A DNA stretch of 64,000 bases from the IMG/VR virus record IMGVR_UViG_3300005083_000004. One strand, given 5' to 3'. Source of the DNA: an uncultured virus (IMG/VR IMGVR_UViG_3300005083_000004) (taxonomy: Duplodnaviria; Heunggongvirae; Uroviricota; Caudoviricetes). The notes under the pieces are model-generated. The model was given only the letters and a program-made list of their open reading frames with translations, searched no databases and was not told where the DNA came from. Numbering within the stretch: the first letter of the stretch is position 1; each line of letters starts with the position of its first letter. The translations under genes were made by a program, and so were the position numbers. This document shows, one piece after another, positions 40,307-49,074 of the stretch.

Positions 40307-43300
40307 ATGACGCATACTTTTAAATTTCAACTTGCAAAGGACGCAATAAACCACGATGATATATATAAAAATATAATAAAAGAAATAGTTTGTTATAAAA
40401 TATCTCATGTACTATCAAGACGACTAACTCAGATATATTCAATGTATTCGAATAACAAATCTCAGTTAACAATGCAGATGGTTAAGATTCGAGAACGAAA
40501 ACAAAAAGTTGTTTTATGTCATCATGAAAACACAATTATATATGCTAAGCAATTTATCTATAATATATTACATTTAAAATATCCAAACATAAGCATTGAT
40601 GATATAAGGATCAAAAGATGTATAGATACTGATCCAAATAAAGTATTGATAGAGGCAATAGTGATTAATGGAATAGATAGTGATATAAATATAGAAAGTA
40701 TCACTTCATTGATTAAATATAATCCAACATATGATGTTGTATTATCTCAAAATGAAACTATATCATATGGTCAAGAAGAAGCCGACGCAACTCCAAATAG
40801 ATTTCGATTAAATTTGAATGTATTACCAGATGATCATAGATGTATAACAACATTAAATGATGATAATGCCAATTATAAAGTTTCATTACGTGGCATCAGA
40901 GAATTTACATTCCAAGTTACTGAAGGATGTAATCTAAGATGTTTTACTGGAGATACTAAAATAAAAATTAGACAATTGATCAAGAAAGGTAGTGAATTAG
41001 AAGGAACAGTTGATAAATATGTATATCAGGAAATAGAAATTGGTAAATTAGTAAATAAATTTACAAATATTTTTAGTAATATAGAATCTGATGATTATCA
41101 ACTTCTCCTAAGAAAAATTAGATATACTCCAAATGGATATAAAGAGAAAATACTTGATGCATATCATGGTCAGAAAATAAAAGTATGGAAAAGATATCCA
41201 GAAGATGCACATTATGTTCCATATCCAAGTTTAGAAGATATTCAAATTCAGGAAAAATTTATTAAAGGTCTTGAAAGAGAATTAGAAGAAGATCTTGATA
41301 ATACTGAAGAAGGATATGAACATTATTTAGAAGAATCAGTATCAATGGATATATATGACCCTGATAATAGATATATTTATAATAAAGGATATTTCTTAAA
41401 ATATGATGGAGATTGGTATCAAATAGTAGAATGTTGGAAAGGATATAATATTGATGACATCGAAGTATATTCTACAGAAAACAGATATAAAAAATTATTA
41501 GCTGTTTCTAAGCAAATTAACAAAGATGCTATTAAACAGAATGGTGGATTATGGGCAATATATGTTAAAAATAAAAAAGATCCAATTTTTAAAGTTACAG
41601 GAAATCATGAAATAAGTGTTTATATTCGAGACGGAAATCCTGAAGATCAAACATTATGTGTGAAAAATATTATTGGACAAATGATGATTTATCATGATAT
41701 TGCAATGAAAGATATTAATAAAGATCTAGTCTATATAAAAGCAATTGTACCTATTCCAGAAGAAGATTGGGAACCGGTTTACAATATTGAAGTTGAAGAT
41801 GATCATACGTATTATGCTAATGANNNNNNGATACTAAAATTTTAATATCAAATACCAAAACAAAAGAAATTAAATACATTAATGTTGGTGATCGTATTCT
41901 TGGAATAAATGAAAATGATAAAACATGTGGCATAAGATTTGGAACGGTTACCCATGTATTTAAACGTAAAGCAAAATGTTTAAAGTTGATTCATGATGGA
42001 AAAGAAACGCTTGTAACCGAAGAACATCCATTTTTAACACAACGAGGATTTGTTAAAGTTAAAGATCTTAAAAAGTCTGATGTTTTATATAAGTATAATA
42101 TTGATATATACCAATATAATTATAACATTGGAGATGAATTAAAATGTATACCAATAACGGATTTTGAGATTATTAAAGATTTTACATCAAATGAAATTGA
42201 TGTTTACAATATTGAAACGGATTGTCATACCTATATCGCAAATGATTTATTGGTTCATAATTGTTATCAGACNNTGTAAAGTTACAAATTCAATGAAATT
42301 TAAAGATGCTAAAAAAGCGATTGATGAATTATTAAATGATAATTTTGAATATTTAAATTGTTCTATAACAAATGGATTAATTTTAGATTTTATTGGTGGA
42401 GATCCATTATTAGAAATTGATTTGATCGAGAAAATTTATGTATATTTCCTTCAAGAATCATATAGACTTGGACATTCAGCATTTTTATTCAATAGAATAT
42501 CATTATGTTCTAATGGATTATTATATTTCAATAAAAATGTTCAGAATTTCTTTACTAAGTATCACAATGAGATCTCTTTTAATATATCTATTGATGGAAA
42601 TCAATCTTTACATGATTCATGTCGAATTCAACCTAATGGTGAAGGATCATATGACATTGGAATTGCTGGAGTTCACCATGCACATAAAATACATGATATA
42701 GCACAAAGTTCAAAAATGACATTATCTCCAGCAAATATTCCATATTTATATGAATCCGTTATTGAATTAATAGGTAATAAATATTCACATGTGAATTTAA
42801 ATGTTGTATTTGAAAATGTATGGACAAGTAAAGATGCAAATGTATTGTTTCATCAACTAATTAAAATTGCAGATTATATTGTAAATGTAAAAATGGATCC
42901 GTTTTTCCATTTGTCAATATATCGACCATTATATGACGATTCTAAATTAACGATTGTAAATTGTGATGAAACATCAAGAATTATTAATTATACAGATAAA
43001 AGAGGATTGCTTAAAGAAGATGCATTTTTCTCTACATCAAATGCATGTGGTGGAAATGGAGCAATGCTTGCTTTAGATCCAAAAGGAGATTTTTTTCCAT
43101 GTATTAGATTAATGAATAGCTCCTTAAATAATGAACAAAAAGCTATAAAAATATGCAATGTTAATGAAATTGATAATTTTGAACAATCGATGGATATATT
43201 AACGAAAATGGCAAATATTACATGTACAACACAATCATCTGATATATGTATATCATGTCCATTTTTAAGTTCATGTGGATGGTGTACAGGGTACAATTAT

Positions 43301-43525
43301 CAAAAATTTGGGACTTTTAATAAAAGATGCACATATATATGTGAATGTATGAAAGCCGAAGTAGCAGCTTCATATTATTATTGGTTTATTTTCATAAAAA
43401 AATTCAATTCTGCATATTTTGGAAACCAACTCAAATTACCTAGGGTGGATTATTATTTACAATATAAAGATGTAGAATCATTTTTGTCTGAAGATGAATT
43501 TAATATATTAAAAAATCTCAAGTAA
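40307..43525 (+). CDS. Radical SAM/SPASM peptide maturase, CXXX-repeat target family (TIGR04115-like), with two inteins; split across three track ORFs by assembly Ns
   Basis: FTFQVTEGCNLR|...|CYQ...SMKFKDAKKAID, LDFIGGDPLLEIDLI, SNGLLY, ISIDG..LHDSCR..G.GSYD, CGGNGAMLALDPKGDFFPCIR, CISCP...CGWCTGYNY...KRCTYICE (SPASM). Confidence 0.85.
40940..41829 (+). mobile_element. Intein 1 in the rSAM CxxxCxxC motif (end hidden in N gap)
   Basis: CFTGDTKI right after GCNLR; block B KVTGNHEI; block F PVYNIEVEDDHTYYAN; no LAGLIDADG seen. Confidence 0.85.
41830..42261 (+). mobile_element. Intein 2 (mini-intein; first residues hidden in N gap)
   Basis: Frame from 41830 reads DTKILISNTKTKEIKYINVGDRILG...LVTEEHPFLT...VYNIETDCHTYIANDLLVHN followed by CYQ. 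Confidence 0.85.
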
Positions 43526-43576
43526 TGAATACTCTTCGACTTTTGATTAAAAATTAAAAAAAGAGAATTTATTATT

Positions 43577-45331
43577 ATGAATATTGGAATATTACATGAG
43601 ATCTTAAAACGTCAATTAGATGAAGAAAATAATTATTATGAAATTTATCCATATTTGATAGTATCAGATGTTTATTCATCAACTGATTTTTCCGAATCAT
43701 TATTAGATATAATTAATGATTTTCAAACTAGAGCTGATGATTTATATAATATACCGCCCCCTGTTACATCAGTTAATGGTAAAACAGGGGATGTTGTTCT
43801 TAATAAAAATGATGTTGGATTAAATAATGTAGATAATACGTCAGATTTAGATAAACCTGTATCTATAGCAACGCAAAATTTTATTAATAAATCTTTTACT
43901 GATGATTTTAATGATGAATTTAGAGAGATGGTCGATAATTTAGCAGCAATTCATAATCATTTTAGAAATCAGAATGTGATTGAAAATATAGAATATAATA
44001 TAAATTATTATGGAACTGACTATATTGATTATTCAATTAAAGCTCCAGATATTGGATATGATCCACATATGATGAATAAAGCCGATATTGGATTAGATGA
44101 TATTATTAATATAGATATCAGGGAAATGATTCATACAATAACATCAACTCATAATAATTTAGATATATTAACAACTTATTTACATCCTAATATAAAAGAA
44201 AAATTAGTATATATCAATGAAAAATCAGATGAATTACAAGAATTAATTATAGATTTCAAACCTGGAGATATTACATCATATATGATAGAACAAGCATTAA
44301 ATATACATCGTGAAGATCCATCTTCTCATAATACTATAGTATTGAAAATAAATGATCTTAAAGATACAATAAACAGATTAGAAGATGGAGAATATTGTGA
44401 AAATGATGAGTCTATTGAAAGAACTAAATATCGATTTCTAAGCACAATGGCGTTTGATGATTTTGATACATATAAGGATTATTATCCTTCCATGGCGTAT
44501 GTCGATAGTCTATCATTAAATGTAACCGGATTTGGTATTCAATTTATCAATCATATGGTATCAATATTTCCGTCAACTTCACAACTATATTTCAACTATA
44601 AGGATACATTATTTCAATATTATGATGAATCTACAGGTTCTTTGTCTACATTTAAATATATACTTTTATTAATGTTATATGATGATGCTGCTCAACATGA
44701 TATCAGCTGGTTTCAATCAAATTATCCGACTTTAAATGTATTTCATATGTATACTGAATCAATTAATGCTACAAGAATAGCGTATTGGAATAAATCAACA
44801 TTATATGATAAATTACTTTATAATAGAATTAGTTATAATTCTGATTTTTTTTATATGTCTGGAACCGGAGTAAATAATTATATTATCAATACTAATAAAT
44901 ATACAATTACAAATACTAATGATGGGACAGTATGGAGATATTATCCTGATGCTAGCGGGTATATATCATACGTTGTCCAAACTATTCCCGTAACTAATGG
45001 TATGGCATTTGTAACTTCTGGTTCTCGCATTATATATTATTATCTTTCTAATACAATGAAAATTCAATATTATGTTGATATGTATTTATATCAAAGAAAT
45101 CACATTAATAATACAACATCAACATTATCAGTTGAAGCAATTGAAAATATTGAATCATCATTTGGTACATTATCAACATTAAATATTGATTTATCTGGAT
45201 TAACGGTATTATCATTTAACCTTGATGAAAATGTAGTAAATAACAAACAAATTGATTATACATTAAATACAACAATTCCATCAACAAATATTACAAAATT
45301 AATATTTTCTATTATATCTAAATACTATTAA
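43577..45331 (+). CDS. Tail fibre-like protein (paralog of 49075-50817)
   Basis: VTSVNGKTGDVVLNKNDVGLNNVDNTSDLDKPVS, PHMMNKADIGL and His-spaced motifs typical of phage fibre shafts. Confidence 0.7.
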   Translation: MNIGILHEILKRQLDEENNYYEIYPYLIVSDVYSSTDFSESLLDIINDFQTRADDLYNIPPPVTSVNGKTGDVVLNKNDVGLNNVDNTSDLDKPVSIATQNFINKSFTDDFNDEFREMVDNLAAIHNHFRNQNVIENIEYNINYYGTDYIDYSIKAPDIGYDPHMMNKADIGLDDIINIDIREMIHTITSTHNNLDILTTYLHPNIKEKLVYINEKSDELQELIIDFKPGDITSYMIEQALNIHREDPSSHNTIVLKINDLKDTINRLEDGEYCENDESIERTKYRFLSTMAFDDFDTYKDYYPSMAYVDSLSLNVTGFGIQFINHMVSIFPSTSQLYFNYKDTLFQYYDESTGSLSTFKYILLLMLYDDAAQHDISWFQSNYPTLNVFHMYTESINATRIAYWNKSTLYDKLLYNRISYNSDFFYMSGTGVNNYIINTNKYTITNTNDGTVWRYYPDASGYISYVVQTIPVTNGMAFVTSGSRIIYYYLSNTMKIQYYVDMYLYQRNHINNTTSTLSVEAIENIESSFGTLSTLNIDLSGLTVLSFNLDENVVNNKQIDYTLNTTIPSTNITKLIFSIISKYY

Positions 45332-45366
45332 ATTAAAAAAATATTAAAATTATAGGAGAAAAAGTT

Positions 45367-45651
45367 ATGAATAAAATTACTGTATCAATTTCTGACGCAG
45401 GAATTTCGCCGGAACTATTCGATCAATTATATAATGAACACAAGACATATGTCATTATATCAACATATATCAATTCATTAAAATTATCTGAATTAATGTT
45501 AAAAAAAGATGAAGTTTATGAAATATTACAAAATTATTCAAAGATTAAAGATCAGATTACTGCGAATATTAAGAAAAAATATCCATCTTCAGTATCATGG
45601 GAGATTGACGATTTTAATCGAAAAGAAATAGGTATTGTTATTAATAATTAA
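45367..45651 (+). CDS. Small protein resembling the CXXX-repeat modification system accessory protein (TIGR04116-like)
   Basis: 94 aa, helical; C-terminal SWEIDDFNRKEI recalls that family's 'WEIDF..xEI' ending; AGGAG RBS; context. Confidence 0.45.
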   Translation: MNKITVSISDAGISPELFDQLYNEHKTYVIISTYINSLKLSELMLKKDEVYEILQNYSKIKDQITANIKKKYPSSVSWEIDDFNRKEIGIVINN

Positions 45652-45653
45652 TA

Positions 45654-45689
45654 AAAAATAATATCCCGATAATTCGGGATATTATTTTT
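45654..45689. terminator. Bidirectional terminator between the two convergent halves of the rSAM locus
   Basis: AAAAATAATATCCCGA-TAAT-TCGGGATATTATTTTT. Confidence 0.8.
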
Positions 45690-45848
45690 ATCGTCAAAAT
45701 ATTATATCATCTAATGTGATTTTGATATTGAAAAAACTGTTAACTATACCAATCATTTCTTCCATAAATTTTAATTCAAAAAACATACCATCTATATCTG
45801 ACATATGTTCACTCGCATTGATCATTTTATTATTAATATAATATTTTA

Positions 45849-47630
45849 TTAAATTCTCCATAATCTATACCACTCCTGTTCACCATTATTATTAGCTAAT
45901 GATCCGTCGTCAAATTCATTTCCTCTTGTCGATGGATGATCGCTATTTCCATAACCATATGTGTAGTTAAATAAATTCAAATGGTTATCAAGGGAATTAC
46001 CTACAATTCCGCCATTCCATGCAATACACGATTGTACACAAGTTAAGAAACACTTATAATCACAATTGGTACAATTGGTTGTACAAGCAATATCACAATA
46101 CACTGAACAATTTTCTCTACATCCCGCACACCTATCCAGGCATGTAACAATACATTGTTCTTTACATCCATAATTACATGATGTACAATATTCATCACAA
46201 CCCGAACATGCTAACATACATGTGAAAACACAATAATCTTCACATATTATCATACATAACTCTTCACACCCATCACCATCTTCAGTTGATGCGCAATGAT
46301 TATGACATACCGATATGCATTTACCAGTACACTCTGATTCGTCACAAGAATCTTCACATGTATTTTCACAATTATCTGTATCACATCCTGCCTGGCATAG
46401 TACTTCGCAACCGGATTGTGCACCTGCGCATCCACCATGTTCGCCATCTGCACATGATGCTGTGCAAGTATCATCACAAGTGCCTCCACAAGTATCATCA
46501 CAGGCATCATCACAAGTATCATCACAAGTATCATCACAGGTATCATCACAGGTATCATCACAAGTATCATCACAGGTATCATCACAAGTATCATCACAGG
46601 TATCATCACAAGTGCCTCCACAAGTATCATCACAACCGCTAACGCAGTTATCAGCACATTCTGCAGTACATTTAGTATTACAATTACCACCATCACATTT
46701 ATCTGCACACGTAGCTGTGCATGAACCACTACAACCAGATGAACATGAACCACTACAACTACCTGTGCATGAACCACTACAACCAGATGAACATGAACCA
46801 CTACAACCAGATGAACATGAACCTTTACAACCAGATGAACATGAACCAGTACAACCTCCTTGACAATTACCATCATCACATTTATCTGCACAATCTTCAC
46901 ATTCTTTCTTTTTAGCTACTTCTACTTTACATCCACCTGTACATGCTGAATCAAATATTAATTTGCCATCGTAACCTGCCCCACACGTCCAACTGGAACA
47001 TCCGAAACAATAATGTCCGACTTTGGAAGGACCAGCTGGAAGTGTATCTGTTGTTGTTCCACTATAGGATTTACACGGATTGCCACCGCAATAGGTTTTG
47101 CACAAGGTTGTTCTACATGAAGTTAGGCATTCCCAAAAGCAAGCATGACTGCCTAAATTGCCACATAACATATTATTGCTACCCTTACAATTAGAACAAC
47201 TGTCCATACAAAAACTTGTGCATGCACTATCTATACACGAATGACTATTCGTGCTATCTCCTGGAGGATCCCCACATTTTGCTACACAAGTATCTGTACA
47301 AAGAACAACAATAATATCGTTAGATGATCCATATACGTTATCTTTTCCAATTATTTTACACTCATCACTGCTACAACTAGATAGACAATCTGAACCACAA
47401 ATGTTATTACATGCGCTAGAACTTAGACATTTCGCACAATATATTTTATCATATCCTAAGCAAACGGCATAACAAGCCTGATTGCAGTCCCCAAAACAAT
47501 CAATAAGACAAGTAGAAATACATGTTCCAATGCAGTCGGTATAACATCCTCCATCACACTCTACAGTACAACCATATTTACAATATGTTTTTGTTCCTGG
47601 ATTACACGAATAATATCTTATATATGCCAT
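45849..47630 (-). CDS. Large Cys-rich CXXX-repeat protein (about 110 Cys), putative rSAM target
   Basis: Likely start MAYIRYY at 47630 after GGAGG; Cys every 4th residue over most of the length; CSGS/CSSG and CDDT arrays. Confidence 0.85.
   Translation of the reverse strand: MAYIRYYSCNPGTKTYCKYGCTVECDGGCYTDCIGTCISTCLIDCFGDCNQACYAVCLGYDKIYCAKCLSSSACNNICGSDCLSSCSSDECKIIGKDNVYGSSNDIIVVLCTDTCVAKCGDPPGDSTNSHSCIDSACTSFCMDSCSNCKGSNNMLCGNLGSHACFWECLTSCRTTLCKTYCGGNPCKSYSGTTTDTLPAGPSKVGHYCFGCSSWTCGAGYDGKLIFDSACTGGCKVEVAKKKECEDCADKCDDGNCQGGCTGSCSSGCKGSCSSGCSGSCSSGCSGSCTGSCSGSCSSGCSGSCTATCADKCDGGNCNTKCTAECADNCVSGCDDTCGGTCDDTCDDTCDDTCDDTCDDTCDDTCDDTCDDTCDDACDDTCGGTCDDTCTASCADGEHGGCAGAQSGCEVLCQAGCDTDNCENTCEDSCDESECTGKCISVCHNHCASTEDGDGCEELCMIICEDYCVFTCMLACSGCDEYCTSCNYGCKEQCIVTCLDRCAGCRENCSVYCDIACTTNCTNCDYKCFLTCVQSCIAWNGGIVGNSLDNHLNLFNYTYGYGNSDHPSTRGNEFDDGSLANNNGEQEWYRLWRI
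46467..46634 (-). repeat. 12-bp tandem array x14 encoding CDDT (with CGGT/CDDA variants)
   Basis: Plus-strand (A/G)GTATCATCACA units. Confidence 0.95.
46722..46853 (-). repeat. 12-bp-period array x11 encoding CSGS/CSSG/CTGS/CKGS
   Basis: TGAACCACTACA / ACCAGATGAACA units, flanked by a duplicated CADKCD(G/D)GNC segment (46681-46709, 46864-46892). Confidence 0.9.
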
Positions 47631-47671
47631 AATTATAACCTCCATTAAAATATATTATATTTAAAATTACA

Positions 47672-49072
47672 TTAATCATCATCATCATCATCAGGTTCAG
47701 GAGGTGGTGGAGCAGTATGGGCTTTACATCCAGTGTAGCAAGGTCCTGTACAATCATCCATACATGCTGGTACACAATCACCTTTACATGCGTTTTTACA
47801 TGTACCATAACAATTTCCTAGACATAATGTAGCATCTTTATTAAAACCACATTGTTCGAAACAACAATCTTTACAATGTTGCATACAATCAGTACCATGA
47901 TCATTCCCATCACTCGTCCAGACATTGCATTCATGTACACATGATTGTCCGCCGGGTTCAACACAAGCTTGCTTATGTTGAACATAAGCATCACAACTAG
48001 ATGCACACGTTGAACAATTTGCATCTGTTGAACCCGCGTGATAATCACAGACAGTTTGACAAGCATTGCCACCAGATCTTCCTCCACAAAACTCAAGACA
48101 ATCTGTAATACAAGTTGCTCCACATCCTAAATGGTCTCCAGGATAATTTATACATGTATATCCACAATCATCATCACATAAATATACACAACTTTCCATG
48201 CAAACTGTAAAACAGGTTATTGTACATAATCCTGTACAAGCAACATGACACGATGAATGTAACGCGTTATCATCACGTGTAGTTCCTCTAAATGTAACAT
48301 ATGTCGGATTATGGCTATTACGTTTTTCAGCGAGATCGTTTGGTCCCGGCTCATATATCCCTTCATGTGGACCTGCTGTATATGTCCAGTCTGTTTCATA
48401 TGGATAATCATAAGTTCGATACCATATCTCTTGGTAGTGATTAACTCCACGTGCAGGACTAGATACAACACATCGAGGCTGTTGTTTTAATATATCAACC
48501 CAATCTTCAATTGATTGAGTTTGTCGATATGCATTTGCAACTCTTGACCAATATTGTGGATCTGGATGTCCAGTTGGGTGTGGAGCTATTCCTACTGGAG
48601 CTGTGCTACCGACACCATAATATTTATCAATATCTATTATGTGACATAATCCATCGATGAGTGTTAAAAACTGTTCTACCGTCCAAGTTCGTTGTTCTTC
48701 TGGAGGTTTCCAAGTACCTAAAAATCTATCCATGCCATTCCAATAATAACATGTTCCACGGGGATCATATGGTAAATAACTATTATTTCCTGTCCATGGA
48801 TCATATGCGTTAACTGAACCTTGATTTATATGATTGCCATCTGAATCTGTAAATTGTTCACTTGCACTAGTATAGTCATAATAAGCAAATAATCCACCAG
48901 ATAAACTTTCCTCATCTGAACATCTTCTAGCATATTCAGTATCTAATTTTGCTCTAATACTATCCAAATATGATTTACTGATAGTATGTTGATTTGTCTG
49001 TAATGGAACAGCAAAATTTGTTGTTGTGTATGCATGACGATTAGGCATTAAGTTAGTATCAATATATGCCAT
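47672..49072 (-). CDS. Protein with a ~270-aa N-terminal domain and C-terminal CXXX-repeat region, putative rSAM target
   Basis: SSCHVACTGLCTITCFTVCMESCVYLC...CYGTCKNACKGDCVPACMDDCTGPCYTGC; ends PPPPEPDDDDDD; starts 2 nt after the fibre gene stop. Confidence 0.85.
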   Translation of the reverse strand: MAYIDTNLMPNRHAYTTTNFAVPLQTNQHTISKSYLDSIRAKLDTEYARRCSDEESLSGGLFAYYDYTSASEQFTDSDGNHINQGSVNAYDPWTGNNSYLPYDPRGTCYYWNGMDRFLGTWKPPEEQRTWTVEQFLTLIDGLCHIIDIDKYYGVGSTAPVGIAPHPTGHPDPQYWSRVANAYRQTQSIEDWVDILKQQPRCVVSSPARGVNHYQEIWYRTYDYPYETDWTYTAGPHEGIYEPGPNDLAEKRNSHNPTYVTFRGTTRDDNALHSSCHVACTGLCTITCFTVCMESCVYLCDDDCGYTCINYPGDHLGCGATCITDCLEFCGGRSGGNACQTVCDYHAGSTDANCSTCASSCDAYVQHKQACVEPGGQSCVHECNVWTSDGNDHGTDCMQHCKDCCFEQCGFNKDATLCLGNCYGTCKNACKGDCVPACMDDCTGPCYTGCKAHTAPPPPEPDDDDDD

Positions 49073-49074
49073 AC

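Noticed and set aside
41824..42274. Pseudogenisation or programmed frameshifts of the radical SAM gene
   Set aside because: Both frame breaks coincide exactly with N runs, so they are most simply assembly gaps
45694..45825. 43-aa minus-strand ORF downstream of the Cys-rich gene
   Set aside because: No RBS and no recognisable motif; cannot be supported
46250..46915. Alternative-frame ORFs (His-, Val- and Gln/Ser-rich) over the Cys-rich gene
   Set aside because: They are shadows of the 12-bp tandem arrays, with no RBS; the Cys frame is continuous and has a GGAGG start
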